This document shows positions 18,481 through 32,300 of a stretch of DNA of 64,000 nt, one piece after another. Origin of the DNA: Prorocentrum cordatum. Taxonomy: Eukaryota. The translations under genes and the position numbers were made by a program. How positions within the stretch are numbered: position 1 is the first letter of the stretch; each line of letters opens with the position of its first letter. The stretch spans positions 930,001 to 994,000 of the forward strand of contig CAUYUJ010000114.1 of assembly GCA_963575745.1 (NCBI GenBank), in the 5' to 3' direction. A model generated the notes under the pieces. That model saw nothing but the letters and a program-made list of their open reading frames with translations. It was not told where the DNA came from and searched no databases.

Positions 18481-19797
18481 GAGAAAGAGGCCCGCGCTGG
18501 GGCGAGAACGCCATCCTGAACGACGGAGGCAAAACACCGATCCGAAAATGAGGCCCACGCTGCAGCGGGAGCACGATTCGGAACGATTCGGGAGCAGAAA
18601 TGAGGCCGGCGCCTCAGCGAGAGCAGCATTTTGAAAAAAAACGCAGGCGAAAACCCATTTCCCGGGAATCCTGTGTGTAAAAAAACATTACGCGGGGGGG
18701 CGGTCGAATATTCCCCGGACGCCATCAGGGGAAGAGGGAGAGTAGTATTCAGATTGAGTAATTGTATAGGGAAGGGGGGGGGGGTCGGAGGGCCCCAAAT
18801 GGTTCGGTGACCACACCGTGCGGTGAGCCAGTGGGTATTCGGGGTCACCGCACGGTTTTGGGACTCGCGGGTCGTTCTCCGAGGATGTCTCGGGCGACAG
18901 GGGCCTCTGGGGTCCCAAGACCGTGCGGTGACGGACCGTGCGGTGAGGTTTTGGGGGATTTCGAGGTCACCGCACGGTCAGTCACCGCACCGTTTCGGGA
19001 CTCCCAACAGAGCCTCGGAGCAACGATGGGGGTGGGGGTGGGGGATACACATTGCTGACCTCTAAGTCTTCGAAAGTTCTTTGATCTTTTGGGGGGCCAA
19101 GATGCTTTCATTTCTAATACCTTTGTGGGCCCCCGAAGCGGCAGGGCCGTTTTTTCACCGTTTCCAGAAACATGTCCCTTAAACATGAAAGCGACAAAAA
19201 ACGGCGACCGGGGGGATTGGGAAAGGGGGGGGTACGAAATTTGTTGCATGCAGCTGGTTTCGGCCTCGCCGAGTGGCTCAGTCCTCGATGCATAGCCGCC
19301 TCAGGCGTCAGGAGGCGCCGGGAAAATCAGCTACGTGAGCTGATGCCCGAGTCGTCCCGATCCCGGAGGGGCCGCGTGATAGCCAGACAGCCTCGGGGCA
19401 ACGACGGGGGTGGGGGATACACATTGCTCATGTCTAAGTATTCGAAAGTTCTTTGATTTTTGGGGAGGCCAATATCCTTTCACTTCTAATTGTTCTATCC
19501 TGGGCCTCTTCCTGGCTCCCCAGTTCGATTTGCCTAAGGGGTTCTTTCTTGGTTAAAGGTTGGCGCCTCGGAGTGGTACGTTGCCCGTTCCTCGGAGATT
19601 CCACGGATTCCTCGGGTTCCCCGCCCCTGGTGCCTTTTATTGTTACGTCGCCCGTTTCCTGGAGGTTCTTCGGGTTCCCCTGGTTCCTCGGGATCCCCGC
19701 CCCCCGTGCCTCCTATTGTTACGTTGCCCGTTCCTCGCAGGTTCCTCGGGTTCCTCGGGTTCCCCGGGTTCCTCGGGTTCACCGCCCCCGGTGGCCC

Positions 19798-20062
19798 CAA
19801 GCAATGCCAAGCAATGCTTAGCAATGCCAAGCAAATCCATCCCATGCCACGCAATAGCAAGCAATTCCAAGCAATGCCAAGCAATTTCAAGCAATACCAA
19901 GCAATACCGAGCAATGCCAACCCATGCCAAGCCATGCCAAGCAATGCCAAGCAATGCCAAGCCATGTCAAGCACTGCCAAGCAATGCCAACCCATAAAAA
20001 GCAACGCCAAGCAATGCCAAGCAGTGCGAAGCCATGCCAAGCGATGCGCCCAGCGATGCGCC
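19798..20062. repeat. Degenerate 10-bp minisatellite (GCAATGCCAA)n
   Basis: About 25 tandem variants of gcaatgccaa. Confidence 0.9.
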
Positions 20063-21024
20063 CACGCAATACGCTTTCCCCTAATTGGGGTCGCGCCAGG
20101 TCCATCCGAAAAGACAGCTGTCGGTGCCACCAAACGAGCGAACTGCTAGAGACATGTCCACCAGTTTGGCGCGAACGGGTACATGCGATACCCCTGAGCG
20201 GCTCCTGCCTGGAGTGATCAAACGCTAGGCCTGCTGCATCGCGATGGTCACGAGCGAATAGGAGTATGAGGATCGAGCATCAGCGATTCAATGTACCAGT
20301 GGCAGAGTGTGGGTGGGTCTGACTGTGATTGATCAGGGTGTGAGTGGTCTTGGTGTATGGGTCTGAGTCTGTATCAGCTGAGTACGAGTAGATCTGAGAG
20401 TGAGCGGTCTGAGTATGAGGGAGTCTGAGTGGGTCTGAGTACCAGTTGGTCTTAGTGTGTGCGTGTGTGTAACATGAATATGAGTGGGTCTGAGTGTGAG
20501 TGAGTCTCAGTATGAGTGAGTCTGGATATGAGAGGGTGGGTCAGTGAGTCTGGGTATGAGGGAGTCTGAGTGTGAGGGATTCTGGGTGTCAGTAATTCTG
20601 ACGATGCATGGGATGAGACGGAAGTGAGGAGGCGAAATCGTCACAGGGATAACAAAGACACCACACTTGCGATATGGGGAGGGAAGCGGCGGCTCGGATA
20701 TTTCGAGCGACGCTCGGAGATGCGAGTTGAGAGGGTGGTCGAGGCCGATGGGTCCCTTGGCGAAGGAAAGGAACACAGCTCCCCTGGGTTGTGGCCGCCC
20801 TGCATGGGAAGCGTGCTTGCACAAGGCAGGAGGGAGCGGGGGACGGTCGGCCAGCGAGGGAACGGGAGGAGGAGCAGGAGGAAGAGCAGGAGGAGGAAGG
20901 AGAGGAAGAGGAAGAGGAGGGAGTGGTGGACAGGCGGCCAGAGAGGGGAGAAGAGGGAAGACTTCGGGCGCCACGGGCAGATCGCCGCGCCCCGCTCTCC
21001 CGTGATCGGCTTCTCGAGCTAAGG

Positions 21025-21560
21025 ACGATGATGTTGCTGGTGGTGATGAGTACGGTAATTCTGCTGCTGATGATGCTGATGATGCTGATGCTGGTGATGA
21101 CCAGCATGACGATACTAATGATCACGGTCACGATCCTGATGATCCTGATGCTGATGCTGTTGATGATGGTTATGATGTTGATGATGATGATGCTGACGAT
21201 GATAATGCTGCTGCTGATGATGATTGTGACACTGATGATGCTGATGATGATGAGGAGGAGGATGAGTATGAAGATGATGACGATGATGACGAGGATGAGG
21301 ATGATGAGGATGATGAGGATGAGGATGAGGATGAGGATGAGGATGAGGATGAGGATGAGGATGATGATGATGATGAGGATGAGGATGATGGATGATGATG
21401 ATGATGATGATGAGATGATGATGATGATGATGATGATGATGGATGAGGATGAGGATGAGGATGATGAGGATGAGGAGGAGGAGGAGGAGGAGGAGGAGGA
21501 GGAGGATGAGGATGATGAGGATGATGAGGATGATTGTGACAATGAGGATGATTATGATGA
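21025..21560. repeat. Degenerate (GAT)n/(GATGAG)n tract
   Basis: Directly visible. Gives poly-M/D/I ORFs. Confidence 0.9.
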
Positions 21561-23381
21561 GGAGGGTGGCGATGTTGGCGGTGACGAGGGATATTCGTGT
21601 CCTTGAAAGGGCCTGCCTGATGTATCCTCGTCTTCGTCTGTCCTCACCTCGCCTTCTTCTCGCCTCCTCCTGCCTCGTCCCTCCGAAGCCGCGGTGGCCG
21701 CAGTCCCAGCTCCCCGAGCGCCGCCTGTGCTCCTCCGCCCCCCCCCCCCCCCCCCCGCCCCTCCGCCGCTCGGCCTTCGCGCGACCATCGGGCGAGCAGA
21801 TCTGCTCTCCTCCTCCTCCTCCTCCCTCCTACTCCTCCTCCTCCTCCCCTCCTCCTCCTCCTCCTCCTCCTCTCCATCCTCCTCCTCCTCCTCCTCCTCC
21901 TTCCTCCTCCTCCTCCTCCTCCTCCTCCTCCTCCCCTCCTCCTCCTCCTCCTCCCTCCTCCTCCTCTCCTCCTCCTCCTCCTCCTCCTCCTCCTCCTCCT
22001 CCTCCTCCTCCTCCTCCTCCTCCTCCTCCTCCTCCTCCTCCTCCTCCTCCTCCCCCTCCCCTCCCCCTCCCTCTCCTCCGCCGCCCCTGGTCTTGCCCAT
22101 CCTGCGCCGCGATTGACAGAAATCGGGTCGTTCGGGTCTCTCGAGGGCCCTTCGGCCTCCGCCGTGCGTGCCCTCCCCGCGGGCCGCCGCCGAACAACCC
22201 AGACCCGGGCGCGGGGGGGCCGGCGGCGACCAAGAGCCCGCCGTCTGTGCGTCGCCGGGATCTGAGCCCAGACGTGCTCGCGTCGTGAGGCAGGGCTGGA
22301 CCTAAACGGTGTTTTGGCGGTTTCGTGGGCCGTTTTTGTTTCGATCTTTGTTTTGCGGTGGAGGTGGATGGAAGACAGAACGAGGGAAAACGAGAACAGA
22401 ACGAAAACGAAAAGCACCGTTCAGGTGCAGCCCTGTCGTGAGGGTCATCGGGGATAGGGTCGGGGCCTCTCGGGATCCCGCATGGAATAAGAAGAAGAAA
22501 AGAAAATAAGAAAAACAAATAATAAAAAAAACATATAGTTGGGAGGAGAAGGCGCGGGAGAAGGAGGTCGAGGGGGGCGTCGGAGGCGTGGAGGTTGGCA
22601 CCATGGACCAGTACCGGCGGTCGCCTCCACCGAGGGGAGATGATCCTGTGGTGGTGCGAAGTGTCGGGCTTCCCGGGTGGCCGAAAGGTTACAGTGGATA
22701 CCCATGCCAAGAAGCACCCTGCTGGCCCCCAGGGTGCCCTGGGTTTCTTGGGCTTCGAGGGTTCTGCGATGGAAAGCGAGACGTGCCCACGCCAAAAAGT
22801 GAATGGGCGCCCTGGGGTCTCAGGGTTGGGTTTCTTGCGGCAGGTTTCTTGTGGTCGAGCCCCTACTGCACCGCAAACACCAAGCCCTAGGATCATCCCG
22901 CCCCTGTTCAAACCGCACCCTGCGATGGCGCTGGTGCCTGTTTTCAAGCCTCCACGGGGGGCACCCGCCACTCGAAGGACAAGCAGCGCCACGAACACCA
23001 TTTGCCCTACGTCCGCGCGGATCTCTTGCATCGGCGCAGGGCCCCCCTCCATCGCCGCTCCAAGGCAAATCCGCTCCGGGCCCCACCCCGGAGAAATTCT
23101 GCTTCTGCCGCTGCGTGTTCCTCCGCTCCGCGCCTGCAAGGGTCGGGTATAGCCAGGGCCCCGGGTAAGGGGACCCGGTGAGTGGTAGGGCCCTGGGGCC
23201 CCTCAATTGGCCAGATCCGCTAAACCAGGTTTGCCGCAACTCGTGCTTTCTGGGGGACGGCAGCTCCGGTCAGCGGAACAGGGCGGGCGGGTGGGGGGAG
23301 GCGCCCCCTTGGTACGCATCGCTAAACCAGGCTCCACTAAACCCAGTTCTGCTCCACGCCTGCAAGGGGGCGGCGCCCGCC

Positions 23382-26300
23382 ATGCCCGCTCCTCGCAGCC
23401 CGCGCCTCGCCGCCGAGCTGGAGCCCTGCCGGCTGGAGCCCGGCGCCCCGTCCGACGAGGAGGCCGGCACCGCCGACGCCGGGCTGCTGGCCGGCGGGGC
23501 GGCGCAGCGGCCTGCCGCCGGCAGGGGCCGCAGGTGCTCCCGCGCCGCGCAGTGGCCCGGCTCCGCGCGTTCCCTGATCAGGGGCAACTCGGGGGCGGCA
23601 GAGAGGGGGGGGATGACTAGGGGGGGGGGATATCATGGCGGGGGCCATGATCTTTCCGCAGATTTCATGGCGCCTCTTCTTATTCCATTGCGTCCCTGGC
23701 CCCCCCGCTGGGCCGCGCACATGCTGCCGGTCATGATTTGCACCCCCCCCTCTTGGACACCCCCCCCCTTGGCCGCTCACGGGCAACGAGTACACCGTCT
23801 CTCATAAAAATGAAAGAGTGCAAATCATTATTTGGTTGCAGCTCTGGTAGCAGACCGACTTCAGGCGTATAGATACTTTCTACTGATGCCGCTCATCATT
23901 CCCTGTCGACTGGTGTGAATCTCAGCTCCGCAGCTGGCCTAGAGCAGGGGCAACGATGGGGGGGGGGACAGGCCCAGGGGGGAACGCATCGACCCCCGAC
24001 CGCCCATCGGTCGCCGGCATGGGCCTGATGGCCCCACCCCCCGCCTCTCGGAGGAATGCTCGGGCTTGCCATCGAGCGCACAACGCTGATCTTCGGGCGA
24101 TGCCTCGCCGATGCCGGGTCCACGTTTCTCTCGGCAACGCGCAGAGGGGGGTAGGGGGAGGGGGGAAGGCTTCTTAGGAGCACCCCTGCTTCTTAGAAGG
24201 CGCGGGCTTTCTCTATCGACGTAAAGCCGAGGCCTTCTAAGAAGCAGGGTGCTTCTAAGAAGCCTTCCCCTCCCCCTACCCCCCTCTGCGCGCCGCCAAT
24301 TCTCGCCCTGAGCCAGGCCCTGCCGACTCATCACTGCCCCTCCGCGGAGGCCCCGGCGTGGCCACGTCCTCACGCGGGGCGTCTTCGCCCGGCTTCGGGC
24401 CCCGGGGCCCTCGCAGAGCGGTCTGGCCGGGCGAAAGGGGGGGATTGGGAAAGGGGGGGTTACGAAATCTGCTGCATGCAGCTGGTTTCGGCCTCACCGA
24501 GGGGCCCATTCCTCGATCGAGGAATGGGCCCCTTGGTGAGGCCGCCTCCGGCGCCGGGAGGCGCCGGGAAAATCAGCTACGTGAGCTGAAGGAGGAGGAG
24601 GAGGAGGAAGAGGAGGAGAGGAGGAGGAGGAGGAGGAGAGGAGGAGGAGGAGAGGAGGAGGAGGAGGAGGAGGAGGAGGAGGAGGAGGGAGGAGGAGGAG
24701 GAGGGAGGAGGAGAGGGAGGAGGAGGAGGAGGAGGAGGAAGAGGAGGAGGAGGAGGAGGAGGGAGGAGGAGGAGGAGGATCGCCGATAGGGGGCCGGATG
24801 CCCCGCCCCCGCCGCTGGGGGCCCGAGAGCCCGCCGCGCCCAGGGGCGTTGCCTCGCTCGAGCCGCCCCGGCGTCGGGCCGTGCGCGCCGCCCGCGCAGG
24901 TGGCCGCGGGCGGCCGCGGCCGCGTGCGCCGCCGCGGCGGCGGCCGCCGCCCTGCTCGCCGCTCGCGGGGCCGCGCCCCGCGGGCGGCCGGCGGCCGCCC
25001 GCGCGAGCGCCGCGGTGGGCGAGCAGTGGCGAAGCGTCCTGGCTCGCCTATAGCCCTAGCAAACAGTGTTCTGAGAACCTCTCGTGGTTCCCACGGAATG
25101 GTCTTGGAGCAGTTCTGGCGGAGCCTGTCTTGTTGTGTCACATCGGGCTTCTGTTATAAGAACATTGTTTTTGTTCTTAGAACATTGTTGGGGTTCTAGG
25201 AACATGTCGTGGTGGGACTATAGGAATGCCGGGACGGTCGGTCCCTGCTCAAGGTGGGCGAGGCGGGACTGCTGGAGGCCCGGCTCGGACCCAGACCCCC
25301 TCGATCGGGGCCGAAGAGACGGGGCCCTGAAGAGGGAACCCTTGTCGTTGGGGAGGGGCTCGGTGTTCCTTGATTGTTCTGCAGTTTGCCTTTTTGTTTT
25401 CCTGAGGTTTTCAATGGGAAATCGAAGTTCAACTTTTGGGAGACAGGGGCCCCGTTCCTTATTTACGGTTCCTTAGGTCAACGCCTCGACTGTAAGAGAC
25501 GAGGGTCAGTGCAAACGGGGGTCAGCCAGGGCGCCAGATCCTGCAAAATTCTGCGAGGACCCCCTCTGGCTGACCCGGGTTAGCGAGCCGCTCGTGGCCG
25601 CGAGGCGGCCGCGCATATTGGCCGCAGATTGGCCGGACTTATGATGTTCCAACCTGCTTTCGCCTTGACCACCAGGAAGAATTTCGAGCACCAGAAGAAA
25701 AGTACCTAAGCTCCGAGGGTTTTTCACGTGTCGGGCCCTGGGAGACACTCGCCCGACACTGTTTCGACACTCTTTTGACACTTTTCTGGGTGCTCGACAT
25801 TATTTCTGAGATGTGGTTCTTAAGTACGACGGGAGCAACATAAACCCAGACCCCCTGGAGTTGCGGGAAAAAACGCGAGGGGAGGTTTTGCACAATTTTC
25901 GACTGTCGGGGGCCCTCACCAGGCCCCGGGACCGTCGAAGAACGGCTCAGGATGAGGAACCCGTACCGGAGAAGGGGTCCAGACCTCTGGGGGTCGGCGC
26001 TGTTAAAGAACACGACGTCGGGGGTTCGGGGAGGGGTGTCGAGGTGGCGGCGCGCACGGGAGGCTGTTTCTCTCATCCTTTGGCGCGGGAGGGTCCGTCA
26101 AGAAGTGGCGAGACGTGGCAGTCGCGCGTGGTCGAGGGAAGCCGTGATCTTGGGAAGTTTTCGAATACGTTGCGCGTTTGCCTCCAGAGCGGTGGGCGCA
26201 GAGATCCTTGGATTAGACACCGCCAGGGTCGCGCTCACAGGGGCGTCCTCTTTTGTAGGGGGATGCGAAGATTGCGCTTGCCTTGCGAACAGGTCCCCGG

Positions 26301-29300
26301 GAAGTGGTCCAGAGTTCCGGGGGACCTCGTTTGGGTTTGGAAAGGGGGTACAGTCGGGGCGCTGAAGAAGGAACCCTTTTCGTTTGGGAGGGGTTCGGTG
26401 CTCCTTGATTGTTTCAAAGTTTGCCTCGGGTTTTCCTGAGGTCTTCCATGGGAAATCGAGGTTGAACCTATGGGAAAAAGGGGCCTCGTTCCTGACTTTG
26501 GGTTCCTTAGGTCAACGCCCCGGCTGTACCCCTAGAGGAGGATCAGAGACCACCGTTACCGAGAACCCCATCGGGGGGCAACCCGACCCCTGGGGGCGGT
26601 GGCACGCCCGAGACCCGTCGGGTACTTTGACGACGCGTAATTAGGCGTGCCACCGCCCAGGGGTCGGCCCTCCCCCCGAGGAATGTTCGGTACCAGTGGT
26701 CCTTGCTCCTCCTCTGAGGTACAGTCGGGGCACTGAAGAAGGAACCCTTTTCGTTGGGGAGGGGCTCGGTGTTCCTCGAATATTTCTGAGTTCGTCTCGG
26801 GTTTTCCTGAGGTTTTCCATGGAAAATCGAGGTTGAACGTATGGGAAACAGGGGCCTCGTTCCATGTTTGGGGTTCCTTAGGTCAACGCCTCGACTGTAC
26901 AGTCGGCCCAGATAGTAGGTCGACCCTGCCAAATCAAGGGTGCTCTTGTGTCCTGTGTCTCGCGACCCATGCCTCTTACATACAGTCCTGTGGCAATGTG
27001 GCCCCCGGAAGGGTCTTGTGTCCTCTCGCGTGTCCTGTCCAACCAAGTCCGGCTGTACGGGAAGCACGGGGAGAAAGGCCGACAGGGCCTCCAGGACCCC
27101 CGAGATGGGATCGGAGTAAGTGGGCACGGAGGGTCGCGCCGCATCGCCGGCGCATCGGCGGCGCGGCTCGGTGCGGAGCCCGATGTTCTCTCCACGCCGA
27201 CGGTGGCGATGCTCGGCGATGTGGCCCGCTCCTCCTCCGGCCCCATCTGCTCGGAGCCCGTGTCCTGGCATCGCTCGGACGCGTGCATTTTCCTTTCGGC
27301 GAGGACCATCGAGGAGCATCCTTGATCCTTCGGCAAAAAAAACCACGCACGAAGCCGAAAGAAACACAGGAAATGGACGTCCGAGCGACGGCAAGGTGTG
27401 GGAGGCCTCCAGCATGGGGGCGAGGGCCGACAGCAGCGGAGGTCGAAGGAAGCCCCCAGCCTGCCGGGTCGAGCCGCGGAGCTCCCTGTTTTGCGTTTTA
27501 CTTCAGAGGCCGCGGCGGCCGCCGCAGCTTTGTCGGAGAGAGTGATCGGCCTCCTACCCGGACGCGTCGATCAGTGAATCGGCCGTTTTCGCTTCGCGAG
27601 GGGGCCTCGCGGCCGTCATGTTTGCGGGCCCAGGCGCGTCGCTTCTGGTCCCAGGCCGGTTTCACTAGAGGGTGGTCTACCAAAGGGAGGCTTGTCCACC
27701 GTCGACTCTGGCGGGCCTGCGCCCGCCGGGTCTGGTCCCGGGTGAGTTTCTTTCTTCATGGTGTTCGCGACAGGAAATTCTGTCCACCCCGGCAGTCGCT
27801 CCCGCGCTCCTGCCCACTTTGAGCAGGACTCGCTGTCGCTGTCGCCACGGAGGTTGCTCCCTTCCGACACAGGGTCGCCTGCTCACACAGCGGCCCGTTG
27901 CCGCTTCGGGGCAGCGTATCATTTCTTCCTTCACCCGCTGCGGGCGTCCCAAGAGGCGATGGGGGGCGGCGATCTGGCGAAGGACGCGACGGACATCTCG
28001 AAGAGGGTCCGGCAGCTGGAGGACGAGCTCGAGCAGGCGGCCGACAGATCAGTAACCGGCACAGGCATGCTTTTTGGGGGAGGTCCGCGCGGATGTCCCG
28101 GGTCGGCAGAGGGGGCCCTCGGCGACGCCTCCGGCGCCGCCCCTGGCGGGCTCCGCGCGCCAGCGAGGGGGGGCTCAGCGCCGACGCGAAGGAGTCCGCG
28201 CCGCCCCAGGGCAGTTTCTGTCTGCAGTGCCGTTTTTAATGCATGCTCCGCGTGCGGACCATGTGTTGAAAATAAAGGGTTCACTCATAAATACAAGGAT
28301 GAGTTCATGCATAAATTTATTCATACATTTAATCATGTATTAAAAATCCGATATTTTTAGAAATCCCATGTCTTAAAATCTGCCCTGTACAGTCGGCACG
28401 GGAGCAAGGACCAGCCTGCCAGCAGGCGCCCCGCGGAAATGTCCTGTGCTCCCCGATGGCCGTGGGGGCCCTGCGGCGGTCCTGGGGGACTGCATGGCGT
28501 TTCAAGCCAGACGACAGACGCGCTGCTGGGGCCCGAGCGTGCCGGGCACGCCTGGTGCGCCAGATTCGGGCCGGACGAACGGGGGGGATTGGGAAAGGGG
28601 GGGGTACGAAATTTGCTGCATGCAGCTGGTTTCGGCCTCACCGAGGGGCCCATTCCTCAATACATAGCCGCCTCCGGCGCCGGAAGGCGCCGGGAAAATC
28701 AGCAACGTGAGCTGATTCTCACCCCCCCCCTTTGCTATCCCCCCCTTTCGCCCGACCCGACAGATGTGCCACGTGCTCCGCGTGCGCCAGGTGTGCCGAG
28801 CACACATCGGGAGGCATGTCCCCTCCCCCGAGCAGGGGAAGGAGGGGCTGTGGAGAGAGAGAAGGCGAAGCTCGTGAAACCGCTTACGCCCAGAGGGCTG
28901 GTGGGACATCATGAAGCTAAAAGCTAGACGACAAACGTGCCCTTGGACTTCGTGTAGCAAGGTTTCTCATCGTAGGTGCCTGCTGTGCACCTGCACCGCT
29001 CCTGGCCAGCACCGTCTTGGTCCCAGGATCGGTGTGTACGCCCTCCTGGCTTCGGCAGGAAGGCATATACACCGATGCTAGGTCCAGCATCGGCCTGGCC
29101 AGGATCGACATAGGTGTAAGTCGGACATGTCCCTCTACAGGAGGAATTTTCATAATTAGACAACACATAGTCTGTGGACGATTTTTGATTTTGTTGTATT
29201 TTTTGACTACTTTCATCGTTCTCCCAAAATCCGCCTGTAGGAGGAAATGCGCGACCTAAACATAGGTGTATATTTTGAGCCCTCCGAGGCCCGATTCGAC

Positions 29301-32300
29301 CCGATCCGATCTCCAGACTTCGGTTCCAGTTCCGATCCGGTCCTAGGGAAAGGCAGCGGATCCTACAGTCCTTGTCGACACACAAATGGACACGCTGTTC
29401 AACATCGTGGAACTCGATCGTTCGGACACTTGTCACAAAGCTCGTTTTTCAATGCCGGCCGGGGCTTGCCGGGTTTCGGACACCCTGCCAGCGGTGCGGC
29501 AGCGCCGAGCACACGAGCACCGAGAACAACAACGGTCAGTTTACGTGTTGACGAGTCTTGTAGGCCCCAGGTTCTGTGCTTGTGTTAAGTCGGGCGTGTC
29601 CCTCTACAGGAGGAAGATTTGAAAATAGTCGAACGATAGTCTGGGGACGAATGTTTGATTATTTTTTGGCTATCTGGGCGTATGTTCTGAGTATGTTTTA
29701 TTTCTCCTCCAAAACACGCCTCTAGGGGGACATGCCCGACCTCGTGCTTGTGCCGTCTTCTGCTCTTCCAGGTGCGGGGCGAGCTGTTCGGCCCCGCGGC
29801 GGGCGCGCCCCAAGGCGACGGGCCGCTGAGGCAGCTGCTCCGGAACGGCACCTGGAGCCGCTGGGCCCAGGACAGCGCCAACCAGGAGAAGATGCGGCTG
29901 CTCCTCAGCAGGCCGGCGGCGCGCGCCATCCTCCTCCTCCTCCTCCTCCCTCCTCCTCCTCCTCCTCCTCCTCCTCCTCCTCCTCCTCCTCCTCCCCTCC
30001 TCCTCCTCCTCCTCCTCCTCCTCCTCCTCCTCCTCCTCCTCCTCCTCCTCCTCCTCCTCCTCCTCCTCCTCCTCCTCCTCCTCCTCCTCCCCTCCCTCTC
30101 CTCCTCCTCCTCCTCCTCGTCCTCCTCCTCCTCCTCCTCCTGCTCCTCCTCCTCCTCCCCACGGGGTGCGGTTGGGCCGGGGCGCGGTTTTTGCGGTCGG
30201 CGCTGTTGGGGCCCACGGTCAGGTCACGAGTTTCGGCTCAGCGTATCGCGCCGCCGGTGTTGGCCCACCACGCCTCAGAGCGGCACGCTTTCCGCTTTCT
30301 GGTCCCCGGGCGTCCACGTGCCAGGCTTTTCGCAGCCTCCTGCCCCGCGAAGAGGAGCGACACGCTATCTGCTTGCAAGGGGTAGCGTATCGCTGGGGCC
30401 GCCGCCGCGACACGCTATCCAAAAGTTCTTGATTGTAGAGGCCACCACATTGCGCTAAAAGTTTGGTGAGCCCTCGTCGGGGCATACCGCACAGATCTCA
30501 GCCGAGATCCTCGCCCGCCCCCCTACAGGCGCGCGGTTCCAAACCCCACCCTTTGCAAACCACACCCTTCGGAGTCGCCGACACTGGGGGGAAGCGCGAG
30601 AGAAGGGCGAGTTGAAACAACGGTAATTGGCTTTCGGGGGCCCTCGTCGCCACATGTTGGACGCAGCTCGGGAGATTGGTGCGTCTGGACCCGGGGAGTA
30701 GTCCCGCCGGATCCAGGGACCGAATTTTAGCTGCCGTTGTCTGAATTGGCTTTTCTCCGAGCGCCCTCCATCTGCGATCCGCGAAGCGCCCCCACCTTCT
30801 AAGAAGAGCTCGGCCTCCGGAGAAGCCCCTCGCGTTCTTAGAAGGCCACGCCCCCGTGCGCCCCGCCAAGCAGGGCCAACGACTTGCACGACGGGAACAC
30901 GTGTCCAGACGACGAAGAGGAGCACGCAGGCCTCGGCAGCGCGCAGTGGGATAATTCACGTCGGCCACGGCCTCGGCGAAGCTAGTCACAAAAACAATGA
31001 AGTCGGCACCGCCCAAACATACGTATACTGCGGTCTGGCGAACTTCGCTGGTGGAGTTTGCCTTCATTATTTGCGCGACTAGCTTCGCCAAGGCCGTCGC
31101 CGACGTAAGTTGCCGCATCGCATGCCGCCGCAGGCCTCTGCTACAAGAAGTGCAGCCTGCTGACGGGCGACCACCCGATCCGCACCAGCGCCTTCTCCTG
31201 CTGCAAGGATCTGAATCAAGAGGAAAAGAAGCACACAGACACAATGAATCCTCGGTTCCCCAGAAAAGATGGGAAACTATGGGAAGTGGGGGGGAAGATA
31301 GAAGCCCAGAACATATGGGAAACTATGGGGAATAGGTTTCTTTGTGTGTATTTTTACGTGTGTGTCCTGGGACCCCTTCACGGAAGGGGAACAGAGCCAA
31401 ACAAACGCTTGCGCGCTGCCAGACGTCTTGATCGATTGCATTCCATTTGGAGGATGCCGAGGTCGGCGCTTCAGGCGGGGGCCCGAGAGCTATGTATGCG
31501 TTCCCGAGCTGTGCGTTCCCCGTCTCTTCGGCCTGGCAAGCAGCGCCCACGTCGAGAACCGCGCTGGCCGAAAACGCTGTTTTACATGAAAAACATGTTG
31601 TTTCGTTCTTTGATTTCTGCCCGAACGCGTTTTGCTTTGGTGTCACACGATTGCGTAAACCGATGTGCGCGGGTATGCGTTCTCGAACAGCGCTGGTCGA
31701 AAACGCCTTTTTTACATGACAAAACTGTTGTTTTGTTATTTGATCTGTTTCTCGCTCCGAACGCGTTCTGTTTTGGTGCCACACGATTGCGTAAACCGAT
31801 GCGCGCGGGTATGCGTTCTCGACTCGAGAACGCATAAGTTACAGTCGGGGCGTCGACCTAAGGAACCCTAAATAAGGAACGCGGCCCCTTTTGCTCCACA
31901 AGTTAACCTTCGACTTCCTGTCGGAAACATACGGACAGCCCGCGGCAAGCCGTGAAACACTTCAGGAACACCGAGCCCCTCCCCCACGAAAAGGGTTCCC
32001 TTCTTCAGGGCCCCGACTGTGCCCGCGCGCCTCGAAGAGTCCGCGCTGCTTTTGTTGGGTCGGCGGTGCACCCCCTTGTCGGCGCCGCGGGCGCCGCCCT
32101 CGGCCCTTCTCCTGCGCGCCGGGGAGAGGGGGGGCAGCGCCGAGCCGAGACATCTGCGCAGACTCCCGGAGAGGTCGTGGCGAGCATCGTTCCTTTGTCA
32201 TGCAGTAGATCGGGGGCGGAAAAGAGGGGGCTGGTGACTAGGGGGGGGGGGATATCATGGCGCGGGCCATGATGTTTCCCCAGATCTCATGGCGCCTCTT

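Noticed and set aside
28835..28927. Exon-like segment EGGAVEREKAKLVKPLTPRGLVGHHEAKS* inside intron 4
   Set aside because: It ends in a stop that would truncate the gene before the Cys repeats. Exon 4 joins exon 5 in frame without it.
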